NCBI GenBank assembly: GCA_947486575.1 | Contig: CANKUB010000008.1 | Location: forward strand, 1,582-65,581 | Direction: 5' to 3' | From: Betaproteobacteria bacterium | GTDB lineage: Bacteria > Pseudomonadota > Gammaproteobacteria > Burkholderiales > SG8-41 | Length of the DNA: 64,000 nucleotides | Part shown: piece after piece, positions 46,097-54,724 of the stretch | Numbering within the stretch: the stretch's first letter is position 1 | Layout of the letters: every line of letters starts with the position of its first letter | Notes under the pieces: model-generated | Database searches by the model: none | What the model saw: the letters and a program-made list of their open reading frames with translations, nothing else | Told to the model about the DNA's origin: nothing | Position numbers and translations under genes: made by a program

Positions 46097-46882
46097 TTGT
46101 TGGTCGATTCTTCATCCGCTGCGCTTGCGATTCGCGGCCTGGTCAAAGCCTATGTGCGCGGCAAGCCCGTGCTCAACGGCATCACGCTCGATATTGCATC
46201 GAATGGCATAACCGCAATTATCGGGCCGTCGGGCACCGGCAAATCCACGCTGATACGTTGCATCAACCGACTGGTTGAGCCGACCAGCGGCGACATTGTT
46301 TTTGAGGGGCGCAATCTGGTTACGCTAAACCGTAGCGATCTGCGCGCCGCTCGCCGCCAAATCGGCATGGTGTTTCAGGAATACAACCTCGTAGAACGCC
46401 TGACGGTGATGGAAAACGTTCTGTCGGGAAGATTGGGTTACGTGTCGCCCCTCAAAGCGTGGCTGCGAAAATTCCCGTCGTCCGACGTCAACGACGCTTA
46501 TGCGCTGCTCGAAACCGTGGGACTCACCGCTCAAGCGCATGCGCGCGCCGATGCCTTGTCCGGCGGGCAGCGCCAGCGCGTCGGCATTGCCCGCGCGCTG
46601 ATGCAGCGTCCGAAATTACTGCTGGCGGACGAGCCAACTTCATCGCTTGACCCCAAAACGTCGGTCGAAATCATGACGCTGATGCGTGATCAATCCAGCG
46701 CTCGCGGCATTCCTGCCATCGTCAATATCCACAACGTTGAACTGGCCCGACGTTTCGCTACACGCATCGTGGGTTTGAGCGGCGGCGCAGTAGTATTTGA
46801 CGATTCGCCCGGCGCACTTAACGACGCGCATCTCAAGCAAATCTACGGTGGTGAAAGCTGGCTCGATGGCGGCGCTGGCTAA
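46097..46882 (+). CDS. phnC: phosphonate ABC transporter ATP-binding protein
   Basis: Walker [10 protein letters not shown], signature LSGGQRQRV, Walker [11 protein letters not shown] start (46097 or 46100). Confidence 0.9.
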   Translation: MLVDSSSAALAIRGLVKAYVRGKPVLNGITLDIASNGITAIIGPSGTGKSTLIRCINRLVEPTSGDIVFEGRNLVTLNRSDLRAARRQIGMVFQEYNLVERLTVMENVLSGRLGYVSPLKAWLRKFPSSDVNDAYALLETVGLTAQAHARADALSGGQRQRVGIARALMQRPKLLLADEPTSSLDPKTSVEIMTLMRDQSSARGIPAIVNIHNVELARRFATRIVGLSGGAVVFDDSPGALNDAHLKQIYGGESWLDGGAG

Positions 46883-47657
46883 TCGTTCATTGTTGATAGC
46901 GCCCGCGAACTGGCCTGCGCGCCTGGCGTGGATTGCGTTCGCGATTTACTTTGTCTATGCGCTGTCGCATCTTGAGGTTACGCCCGCACGGTTTGTGACC
47001 GGTCTCGATTACGGGCAGAAGTTTTTGGCCAAGCTTTTTCCGCCCGATTTTCATCGCTGGGAGTTGCTGCTCAAAGGCCTCAAGGAAAGCCTCGAAATCG
47101 CCGTACTGGCGTCTGTGCTGGGGCTGGTGATTTCGCTGCCGGTGAGCCTGCTTGCAGCGCGCAACCTGATGCCGTCGTGGATTACCTGGCCCGCACGATT
47201 GCTGATGGTGGTGTGTCGCTCGTTTCATCCGGTCATTATCGCCATCCTGTTTGTGAAGGCCGTGGGGTTTGGCGCGCTGGCCGGCATACTCGCGCTGACG
47301 GTGGCGTCACTCGGCTTTCTCGGCAAACTCTTTACCGAAGCCATAGAAGAAATTTCGTTGAAGCAGGTTGAAGCCGTGCGCGCCACCGGCGCCCCGTTCA
47401 TGAGTGTGATTGCGTTTGGCGTGGTGCCTCAGGTATTTTCGCGTTTCATCGGCTTTGCCTCGTATGAACTGGATTCCAATCTGCGCAATTCCACCATGGT
47501 GGGCATTGTTGGCGCGGGCGGTATCGGCGGCACTCTGTTTGCCGCATTTCAGCGCTTTGACTACGACTTTGTGTGCGCGATTATTCTGTCGATTATCGGC
47601 ATGATAATCGTCGGTGAAGTGCTGACTAACGCCGTCAAGAAAGTGTTTCGCGCATGA
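46866..47657 (+). CDS. phnE: phosphonate ABC transporter permease
   Basis: Polytopic, with PhnE-type EAA region (...[20 protein letters not shown]...). The ATG at 46866 overlaps the phnC 3' end. Confidence 0.85.
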   Translation: MAALANRSLLIAPANWPARLAWIAFAIYFVYALSHLEVTPARFVTGLDYGQKFLAKLFPPDFHRWELLLKGLKESLEIAVLASVLGLVISLPVSLLAARNLMPSWITWPARLLMVVCRSFHPVIIAILFVKAVGFGALAGILALTVASLGFLGKLFTEAIEEISLKQVEAVRATGAPFMSVIAFGVVPQVFSRFIGFASYELDSNLRNSTMVGIVGAGGIGGTLFAAFQRFDYDFVCAIILSIIGMIIVGEVLTNAVKKVFRA

Positions 47658-48469
47658 GTAGCGAGGCCGTTGTTGGCGTCGTGGATCGGGAATGGCAGCG
47701 CTATTCCATTGGCGAGCGCATCGCGCGCTTTGCGGTTTACATCGCGATTGTTGCCGCCGTCGTACTGTCGATACGCAGTGTTGAAGTCATTCCCGATTTC
47801 ATTCTCGATGCGCCAGAGCAGGTCGTCGATCTGTTAAAGCGCATGTGGCCGCCGGATGTTGCGTCGTATCCACAGGAGATTCATGCCGCACTGCTGGATT
47901 CGCTGCATATCGCTACCGTAGGCACGGCCTTCGGCGTTTTGATGGCGTTACCGTTCGGATTTCTCGCTGCGCGCAATGTAACACCTTGGCCGTGGCTGAA
48001 TTGGGTGGCGCGGCTCGTGCTGATTGCCACGCGTTCGGTTAACACGCTGGTGTTCGCGCTGTTTTTTGTCGCCGTGTTCGGGCCCGGCGCATTGGCGGGC
48101 ACGCTGGCGATAGCGTTTCACTCCATCGGTTTCGTCGGACGGCTATTTTCCGAAGCACTCGAAAACACCAGCCCGGGCCCCATCGAGGCCCTGCGCGCTG
48201 CGGGTGCGCCGAGCGCCAGCGTCATCAGCTTCGGCTACTGGCCGCAGGTGGTGCCCGCGTTCTGGTCGCTGGTACTGTTCAGGTGGGATATCAACGTGCG
48301 CGAATCCATTGTGCTGGGACTGGTGGGCGCTGGCGGCGTGGGCATGGCCCTCGACAATGCGCTGAATTTATTTCAATGGACGCGCGTTTCAATGATCCTG
48401 CTGGCTATTCTGGGGGTGGTGATTGCTGCGGAGATCGCGGTGACATACATCCGCAAAAGGGTCATCTGA
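47654..48469 (+). CDS. phnE: phosphonate ABC transporter permease (second copy)
   Basis: Paralog of the preceding permease (...EALENTSPGPIEALRAAGAP...). ATGA overlap. Confidence 0.85.
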   Translation: MSSEAVVGVVDREWQRYSIGERIARFAVYIAIVAAVVLSIRSVEVIPDFILDAPEQVVDLLKRMWPPDVASYPQEIHAALLDSLHIATVGTAFGVLMALPFGFLAARNVTPWPWLNWVARLVLIATRSVNTLVFALFFVAVFGPGALAGTLAIAFHSIGFVGRLFSEALENTSPGPIEALRAAGAPSASVISFGYWPQVVPAFWSLVLFRWDINVRESIVLGLVGAGGVGMALDNALNLFQWTRVSMILLAILGVVIAAEIAVTYIRKRVI

Positions 48470-48510
48470 TTTATCCACAAAGCGCGTGACCCATCTGCCC
48501 GGAACTTTGC

Positions 48511-49158
48511 ATGGCACAAAACCACTATTCCGATATGCCTGATGTAGCCCTGAAAGACTGGCGTAAATCCGAGCGGGCGCGGCTGATCGCGGCTCGTGTG
48601 GCGCTGGATGCTTCGCACATGTCGCGTTTGCGTGTGGCGATGGATGCGCATCTCGAACGGGCATTTCCGATGCTGGCCACAGGCACTGTCGCCTTTTGCT
48701 GGCCCTATCGCAATGAGTATGATGCGCGCCATCTCATGCACCGGATGCGCGCTCGCGGTGCCCGCACGGCGCTGCCCGTGGTTATCGGCAGCAAACAACC
48801 GTTGATTTTTCGCTACTGGCAGCCCGGTGATGTTTTGGCCAAAGGCGTATACGACATTCCCTACCCCCCCAATGGCGAGGCCATTGTGCCCGATGTGGCG
48901 CTGGTGCCGATGAACGGCTTCGATACGGGTGGATACCGGCTGGGGTATGGCGGCGGATTTTTCGACCGCACGCTGGCCTCGTTAAGCGCTGGCGGCCTGA
49001 CACGTCCACTCGCTATCGGTGTTACTTACGAACTCGCGCGTATGGAAACCATACACCCGCAGCCGTACGACATACCAATGGATTATGTAGTGACGGAGCG
49101 CGGCGTGTATGAACGCCGCGCAAGCGGGTTGCGGTTGACTGAAACCGGTACTACCTGA
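48511..49158 (+). CDS. 5-formyltetrahydrofolate cyclo-ligase family protein
   Basis: ...WRKSERARLIAARVAL...VALVPMNGFDTGGYRLGYGGGFFDRTL is the 5-FTHF cyclo-ligase C-terminal signature. Confidence 0.8.
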   Translation: MAQNHYSDMPDVALKDWRKSERARLIAARVALDASHMSRLRVAMDAHLERAFPMLATGTVAFCWPYRNEYDARHLMHRMRARGARTALPVVIGSKQPLIFRYWQPGDVLAKGVYDIPYPPNGEAIVPDVALVPMNGFDTGGYRLGYGGGFFDRTLASLSAGGLTRPLAIGVTYELARMETIHPQPYDIPMDYVVTERGVYERRASGLRLTETGTT

Positions 49159-50452
49159 GCGGCGCTTTGCCTGAAGCAATATCCATGATCATGCGCGTGG
49201 CGAGATACAGTCGCGGCTCGATGGATGAAATCACAATGTATTCGGCGTTGGTGGTGTGCGCACCAAATCCCTGCAGGCCGAAGCCCTCGACCACCGGATT
49301 ATTGGTTTTGAGTCCCGCGAACGCGGCATCGGTGCCGCCGCCGCGCGGCTCGTCGTCCGCCTTGATCTTGTAACCCACTTCGGCGGCGACCTTCTGCCCG
49401 TAGTGCGCCAGTGCGAGCGAGGCGGGCTTGGCTTCCAACGGCGGGCGGCCCCGCTCGAAGTTCAGTTCCACCTGCGCCTGCGGCAAGAGCTTGTTCTTGA
49501 TGCGTTCCTTTAACTTGGCCTCGATGCCATCGAGGTCCTGCACGCGCAGTACGCGGATATTCATGGTCGCTTGCGCGCCGGGCGGAATCATATTGCGTAC
49601 GAGGCCGCCTTGCGCCAGCACCCAGTTCGCGCGCAAGCCAATTTTTGCATCGGAGAGATCACGCGATTGCAGTATCTGGTGCGCGAGCTCATCCACCGCG
49701 TTGATGCCTAAATGCGGCGCGCTGCCCGAGTGTGCCGCGCGTCCGCGCACGGTGATGGTGGCGTTAGCGCTACCGCTGGTGGCGACGGACAGTATCGCCT
49801 GCTGCGGTGTGCCGCCGCCTTCGAACGACAGCGTCGCATCATGCTCCGCGCCGAGACGAGCAAGCACGTGGCGCGAAGCGGGCGAACCCACTTCCTCGTC
49901 GGCCGTCACCAGCACGGTGAGCGTGCCGTAGTCGCGGAAATTCAGCACGTTCAACATCGTCATCGTGTGCAAGATCAGCGCCATGCCCTGGCGGTTATCG
50001 GCGATGCCCAGTCCGTAGGCGCGATCGCCGTCGATCTTGTACGGCTGGCCGGCGAGCATGCCCTTGCGATAGACCGTATCCATGTGCGCCAGCAGCAGAA
50101 TTTTTTTCGTGCCCGTGCCAGTAAACGTGGCGCGTAGCGTGCGGCCGATTTTCTCCGGCGAGCCGCTGTCGCGCGTGGCTTCCGCGTTGCCGTCGATCAT
50201 GTCGACCTTGGCACCGAGTTGGGTAAAGCGTCTGGTGAGCGCCGCGCCGATCTGTTCAAGCCCTTCGAGTTCGTAGCTGCCGGATTCGATTTGAACCAGT
50301 TCTTTTAGCGTGTCGAGCAGCAACGGCTTCTCTTTTTGCGCGAGCTTCTGCACGGCATCCATCGCCAGTGCGGGTGTGGCGAGGCCAGCGCCCAGCCACA
50401 AGACTGCCGCCAGAACTCTTACGTAACTTTTTGATTTAAAGATATTTTTCAT
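49151..50452 (-). CDS. M20-family glutamate carboxypeptidase (carboxypeptidase G2-like), secreted
   Basis: Signal peptide, then LLLAHMDTVY, GLGIADNRQG, ADEEVGSP, GGGTDA. Start set at ATG 50452 (the ORF-track TTG at 50461 is 3 codons upstream). Confidence 0.85.
   Translation of the reverse strand: MKNIFKSKSYVRVLAAVLWLGAGLATPALAMDAVQKLAQKEKPLLLDTLKELVQIESGSYELEGLEQIGAALTRRFTQLGAKVDMIDGNAEATRDSGSPEKIGRTLRATFTGTGTKKILLLAHMDTVYRKGMLAGQPYKIDGDRAYGLGIADNRQGMALILHTMTMLNVLNFRDYGTLTVLVTADEEVGSPASRHVLARLGAEHDATLSFEGGGTPQQAILSVATSGSANATITVRGRAAHSGSAPHLGINAVDELAHQILQSRDLSDAKIGLRANWVLAQGGLVRNMIPPGAQATMNIRVLRVQDLDGIEAKLKERIKNKLLPQAQVELNFERGRPPLEAKPASLALAHYGQKVAAEVGYKIKADDEPRGGGTDAAFAGLKTNNPVVEGFGLQGFGAHTTNAEYIVISSIEPRLYLATRMIMDIASGKAPLR
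50422..50441 (-). repeat. AT-rich boundary motif, copy 16 (inside the signal-peptide codons)
   Basis: Reverse complement CTTTAAATCAAAAAGTTACG (AATCAA-AAAG-TTA), encoding ...FKSKSY... at codons 6-11 of the first M20 peptidase. Confidence 0.55.
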
Positions 50453-50479
50453 TTGTCGCAACCTTTGCAGTGTTGGCGT

Positions 50480-51769
50480 TTACTTAAGGGGTGCCTTGCC
50501 GCTCGAAATATCCATGATCATGCGCGTGGCCAGATACAAACGTGGCTCAATTGAATTCATGAATATGAATTCGGCGTTGGTGGTGTGCGAGCCGAAGCCG
50601 TGCAGGCCAAAGCCTTCGATGACCGGCGCAGTCGTTTTTAGAGAAGCATTGGCCGCGTCAGTAAAGCCGCCCGAAGCATCTTCCAGCACGGCAAGCTTAC
50701 GCCCCAGTTCGCCATAGATGGTTTGCGCGTGCGCAGCGAGTACGCGTGACGTGGGTTTGGGCTCCAGCGGCGGAAAGCGGCGTTCGAAGACGAGTTCGAC
50801 TGATGATTCCGGCAGCAGCTTGTTCTTGACGCGCTCTTTAAGTTTTTGTTCGATACCGTCGTAATCGACGATACGCGCCACGCGCACATCGGCTTGTGCC
50901 TGTGCGCCGGGCGGAATCATGTTGATAACGATGCCCGCGCGTGACAGCGTCCAGTTTACTTTCACGCCAGTTGCCGGATCGGACAAATTGCGCATTTGAA
51001 TGATCTGATGCGACAGTTCCTCCAGCGCATTGATGCCTTGTTCGGGTGCGGCACCCGCATGCGAGGCGCGTCCGCGCACATTGAGCATGGCAATGGCGTG
51101 TCCGCTGGTGGCAAGACGCACGCGATCTTCCTTTTCATTGCCGCCACCCTCAAAGGACATCACGGCATCGTGGGCGGCGCCCAGCCGCATGTGGTGATTG
51201 CGTGCACCGGGCGAACCTATTTCTTCGTCGGCATTGATGAACACGGTGATGGTGCCGTAGTCGCGAAATTTCATGGCGTTAAGCATGGTGATCGTGTGCA
51301 GTATCATCGCGACACCGTGGCGATTGTCCGCAATGCCCAGACCATAGGCGCGATCGCCCTCGATTTTGAACGGTTGCTGTTTGGCCATGCCGCGCGGGTA
51401 CACGGTATCCATGTGCGCCATCAGCATGATCTTCTTCGTTCCCGTGCCGGTAAAAGTAGCCTTCACCATCTTGCCGATCTTTTCAGGCGTGTCAGACAGG
51501 CGCACGGTGTCCGATTCCACCGGCTCGATCAGTTCGACCTTGCCGCCGAGCGACTGTAGGCGTTTGGCGATATCGTTGGCGATCTTGTCGAGTTCTTCGA
51601 GTTCGCGGCTGCCGGATTCAAACGCCACCAGCGCCTTCAGCGTGTCCATCAATGCCGGTTTTTCTTTTTGCGCCAGCGACCACACCGGCTCGAGTGGTGC
51701 GCCGCGAGCAGCGCTTGCCGCAAACCAAAGGAAGGCGACACAACCTATTGTTTTAATTAATTTTTTCAT
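50480..51769 (-). CDS. M20-family glutamate carboxypeptidase (carboxypeptidase G2-like), secreted; tandem paralog
   Basis: Alignable end to end with the neighbouring M20 gene (MLMAHMDTVY, GLGIADNRHG, ADEEIGSP). Start set at ATG 51769 (MKKLIKTIG...). Confidence 0.85.
   Translation of the reverse strand: MKKLIKTIGCVAFLWFAASAARGAPLEPVWSLAQKEKPALMDTLKALVAFESGSRELEELDKIANDIAKRLQSLGGKVELIEPVESDTVRLSDTPEKIGKMVKATFTGTGTKKIMLMAHMDTVYPRGMAKQQPFKIEGDRAYGLGIADNRHGVAMILHTITMLNAMKFRDYGTITVFINADEEIGSPGARNHHMRLGAAHDAVMSFEGGGNEKEDRVRLATSGHAIAMLNVRGRASHAGAAPEQGINALEELSHQIIQMRNLSDPATGVKVNWTLSRAGIVINMIPPGAQAQADVRVARIVDYDGIEQKLKERVKNKLLPESSVELVFERRFPPLEPKPTSRVLAAHAQTIYGELGRKLAVLEDASGGFTDAANASLKTTAPVIEGFGLHGFGSHTTNAEFIFMNSIEPRLYLATRMIMDISSGKAPLK
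51739..51760 (-). repeat. AT-rich boundary motif, copy 17 (inside the signal-peptide codons)
   Basis: Reverse complement TTAATTAAAACAATAGGTTGTG, encoding ...LIKTIGC... at codons 4-10 of the second M20 peptidase. Confidence 0.75.
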
Positions 51770-51780
51770 AATATTCTCGA

Positions 51781-52812
51781 TTAACCCTTTTGCCACAACG
51801 AGGAAAACGCGCTGATCGCGTAATCTACCTCAGTATTGCCCACATGCCGCTGCGTGACAAACCGCAACGTCGTAGCCGACGCTGGACTGACACGCACGCC
51901 TTTGCGCTCCAACTCAGCCGACCATTGCGCGGCATTGCGTTTGCTCGCCACCAGATCGACGCGCACAAGATTGGTCTCGACATCGTTGGGATCAACCAGG
52001 CTCGCGTCGATGCGATGTAGCCCCTCCGCCAGACGCTTTGCAGCGGCATGATCATCCTTCAATCGATCTACCATGGTGTTAAGCGCGAGTATGCCCGCAG
52101 CGGCGAGCGGCCCGGCCTGACGCATATTGCCGCCGACCATGCGGCGGAAAGTGCGTGCGCGTTCGATAAACTTTTCAGTGCCGCACAGCACTGAGCCCAC
52201 CGGCGCACTCAGGCCTTTCGATACGCAAAAGCCTATCGAGTCGGTGTATTGAGCGATTTGCTTGGCATCCACGCCCAGCGCGACGACAGCATTAAACAAG
52301 CGCGCGCCATCGGTGTGCACTGGCACACCATGTTCGTGCGCGAGGGTGTTCACCGCTTTCATATGCGCCAGCGGCAGCACCGCGCCGCCGGCCTGATTGT
52401 GCGAGGTTTCCATGCACACCAGCGCGGTGCCCAGATTGTTGCGCGTCATCGGACGGATTTTTTCGCGCAGCGCATCGACATCCATTGCGCCGCGTTTGCC
52501 CGGCACGGCGCGGTGAAACATGCTGGCAAGACCGGCGATACCGCCGATTTCGGAAACGAGTATGTGCGCGCTGGCTTCGAGCAATACTTCACCGCCGCGC
52601 TGCGCATGCGCGAGCACGGCGACAAGATTGGTCATGGTGCCGCTGGGCATGAACGCGCCCGCTGCCTTGCCAGTGCGCTCGGCGGCGAGTGCTTCGAGCT
52701 GCATCACGGTTTCGTCGCCATCGCGCGAATCGTCGCCGTAGCTCGCTTCGCGCATCGATTCGAGCATGGCTTCAGTGGGGCGGGTAATGGTGTCGCTGCG
52801 TAAATCGATCAT
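51781..52812 (-). CDS. ltaE: low-specificity L-threonine aldolase
   Basis: MIDLRSDTITRPTEAMLESMREASYGDDSRDGDETV...MPSGTMTNL...CVSKGLSAPVGS (PLP Lys) are canonical beta-eliminating lyase/threonine aldolase motifs. Confidence 0.9.
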   Translation of the reverse strand: MIDLRSDTITRPTEAMLESMREASYGDDSRDGDETVMQLEALAAERTGKAAGAFMPSGTMTNLVAVLAHAQRGGEVLLEASAHILVSEIGGIAGLASMFHRAVPGKRGAMDVDALREKIRPMTRNNLGTALVCMETSHNQAGGAVLPLAHMKAVNTLAHEHGVPVHTDGARLFNAVVALGVDAKQIAQYTDSIGFCVSKGLSAPVGSVLCGTEKFIERARTFRRMVGGNMRQAGPLAAAGILALNTMVDRLKDDHAAAKRLAEGLHRIDASLVDPNDVETNLVRVDLVASKRNAAQWSAELERKGVRVSPASATTLRFVTQRHVGNTEVDYAISAFSSLWQKG

Positions 52813-52859
52813 AAGTCACTCCAAAATAGCTGCTGCGGAAGAACTGCGTGGCGCGTGGA

Positions 52860-52892
52860 TTATAGCGCTCGACAGCCCGCATCGGCTATAAT
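52860..52892 (+). promoter_or_regulatory. candidate promoter/operator of the phd-vapC operon
   Basis: 7 bp inverted repeat TTATAGC (52860-52866) / GCTATAA (52885-52891). The right arm overlaps a perfect TATAAT (52887-52892) 33 nt upstream of the antitoxin ATG. No good -35 was found. Confidence 0.35.
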
Positions 52893-52924
52893 ATGACCAA
52901 TATTCTGACCAACTGGAGCACGCC

Positions 52925-53158
52925 ATGCACGCGATTAACCTCGCTGAAGCCAAGGCCCACTTAAGCGAGCTTGTCAGCAAGGCCGAAGGCGGCGAAGAAA
53001 CCATCATCATGCGGCGCGGCGCGGCGGTTGCCAGACTGGTGCCCATGGCCATGCCTAAAAAATCCTACCAGTCTCGCGCGGCGTTTCGCGCTACCCAGCA
53101 AAAAGCCCAAACGCCGAGTGTGGATCTGATTCGCCGGTTGCGTGACGAGCGTTATTGA
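52925..53158 (+). CDS. type II antitoxin, Phd/YefM family
   Basis: MHAINLAEAKAHLSELVSKAEGGEETIIMRRGAAVARLVP is a typical Phd/prevent-host-death N-terminus. Translationally coupled to a PIN gene. Confidence 0.8.
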   Translation: MHAINLAEAKAHLSELVSKAEGGEETIIMRRGAAVARLVPMAMPKKSYQSRAAFRATQQKAQTPSVDLIRRLRDERY

Positions 53159-53583
53159 TGATCTATCTGGACACCAGCGTTATTGTCCCGCTGGTGATCA
53201 ACGAGGACAGCAGCACGTCAGTCGAGGCGCTGGTCTCCAAAGTAAAGCCCGGCGAACTGACAACCAGCCTGTGGACACGAATTGAAATCGAGAGCCTCGT
53301 GGCGCGTAAGCTGCGCATGGGCGAGTTGACGGCGGCGCAGGCCGAAGCCGTGCGGCGCGAGGTACACACGATAATGCAGGAATCTTTCAAAATGCTTGTG
53401 CCCACCGCAACCGATTTTGAAACCGCCGAGGCATACCTCGGCACGCCCAAGACAGGCCTGCGGGCCGGCGATGCGTTTCATCTGGCGATCGCGGCGAACC
53501 ACGGCGCAAAGAAAATCTGGTCGCTCGATCAAGGTTTCGTCAAGGCTGGCAAATTACTCAAACTGCCGGTGGGTCTTGGCTAG
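53158..53583 (+). CDS. vapC: type II toxin, PIN-domain ribonuclease VapC
   Basis: MIYLDTSVIVPL... (first acidic residue), ...GDAFHLAIAANHGA...SLD... PIN signature. TGATG overlap with the antitoxin. Confidence 0.8.
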   Translation: MIYLDTSVIVPLVINEDSSTSVEALVSKVKPGELTTSLWTRIEIESLVARKLRMGELTAAQAEAVRREVHTIMQESFKMLVPTATDFETAEAYLGTPKTGLRAGDAFHLAIAANHGAKKIWSLDQGFVKAGKLLKLPVGLG

Positions 53584-53957
53584 CGGCTGGAAACACTGAA
53601 AGCCACGCCCAGCCGCACCGCCAAAGCGTCGAGTTTCTTGTCTATCGTCCACAGCAGCGTATCCGGCGTGAGCAGAACAGAGGCGAGTAACGCCATATCC
53701 ACCGCGCCGCAGCCCGATTCATGGAATTGCGCGCGCTCGATCAAGGAAAGCGTCTCGTCGGTGGTAGCGACAACGGCCTGCCGCAGCAACCTGAGATCGC
53801 CGAGCGTGCGCTCGCGCGGCGCCGGTGGCGATCCGCACGCGAGTTCGAGCACGATCAACGGATGGCACAATAATTGATCCATCGCGACCAACGATTGAAG
53901 CACTGGGTTGGCGCTGCGAAAATGTGCAACCCAGACAGAGGTGTCCGCAAGCACCAA
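53580..53957 (-). CDS. vapC: type II toxin, PIN-domain ribonuclease VapC (second, convergent)
   Basis: MVLADTSVWVAHFR...HPLIVLELACG...GAVDMALLASV...TIDKKL PIN motifs. Confidence 0.8.
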   Translation of the reverse strand: MVLADTSVWVAHFRSANPVLQSLVAMDQLLCHPLIVLELACGSPPAPRERTLGDLRLLRQAVVATTDETLSLIERAQFHESGCGAVDMALLASVLLTPDTLLWTIDKKLDALAVRLGVAFSVSSR

Positions 53958-53959
53958 GG

Positions 53960-54166
53960 TTATCGGCTAAGCACTTCTGCCCGCCGACGGGGCGTGTCCT
54001 TCATCAAGGGGGCCTTGCCGCCCAGCGCAGCAAGCCGTTTGCCTGCTTGCACCCGCACGAATACTTTCATCGCTTCACGAAACAGATCGGCCTTGTCCGT
54101 TCCGGGATCGGCAACGTCCAGCGCTCGCTGATAAAGCGCATCATCAATGGTTACGGTTGTTCTCAT
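53960..54166 (-). CDS. vapB: type II antitoxin VapB (ribbon-helix-helix-like)
   Basis: MRTTVTIDDALYQRALDVADPGTDKADLFREAMKVFVRVQ is typical of VapB/DUF2191-like antitoxins. It lies 2 nt upstream of the PIN gene. Confidence 0.7.
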   Translation of the reverse strand: MRTTVTIDDALYQRALDVADPGTDKADLFREAMKVFVRVQAGKRLAALGGKAPLMKDTPRRRAEVLSR

Positions 54167-54188
54167 GTTTAGCTTCTCTGTCATCAAA

Positions 54189-54210
54189 TATGATGCATTA
54201 TAGCATCATA
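54189..54210. promoter_or_regulatory. candidate VapB operator (perfect 8 bp inverted repeat)
   Basis: TATGATGC-attata-GCATCATA, about 25 nt upstream of the vapB ATG on the minus strand. Confidence 0.45.
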
Positions 54211-54464
54211 AAAGGTGATGAAAAAAGGCAATCACCCCGCATCGGCAGCACGTTGTTGACGAGTAGCACTGCAAGTGCTGAACGCTGCTGGTGCAGTGAT
54301 TCGTCTGCTCGGGTTATTCTAGTAAACTTTTAAATGATTGATTTAATTGAATTTTTATTTTTGATGCTACGGCGAAATAAAATGGACTTGGGGGTGCGCA
54401 AGTGCCAGAAAATACAGCCGGATAGGCGTCAATGTCGCCAATCGATGTATAGTCGCAATTGTTC

Positions 54465-54716
54465 CTACGGTTGATCGGCTACTACTCGCACTTCGCTGTC
54501 ATGGCGCGCATGCGCAAGCACGGCGACTAAGTTGGTCGTGGTACCGCTCGGCATAAACGCGCCAGCTTCCTTGCCGGTGCGTTCGGCGGCAAGCGCTTCA
54601 AGAGGCATCACCGTTTCATCGCCATTGCGTGAATCATCGCCGTAGCTCGCTACGCGCATGGCGTCGAGCATCGCTTCGGTGGGGCGGCTAATGGTGTCGC
54701 GGCGTAAATCAATAAT
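54465..54716 (-). pseudogene. 5' fragment of a threonine aldolase gene (ltaE'), start codon lost
   Basis: Reverse-frame translation IIDLRRDTISRPTEAMLDAMRVASYGDDSRNGDETVMPLEALAAERTGKEAGAFMPSGTTTNLVAVLAHA... matches 62 of the first 76 codons of the intact ltaE (hand alignment). ATG is replaced by ATT. Similarity ends near 54489 and a stop follows at 54465. Confidence 0.8.
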
Positions 54717-54724
54717 ATTAAAAT

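Noticed and set aside
52813-54488. The TA cassette as a complete integrative mobile element or prophage remnant.
   Set aside because: No integrase, recombinase, transposase or phage genes, and no tRNA target, are present. Only the flanking diverged ltaE repeat supports foreign origin, so it is reported as a recombination scar rather than annotated as a mobile element.
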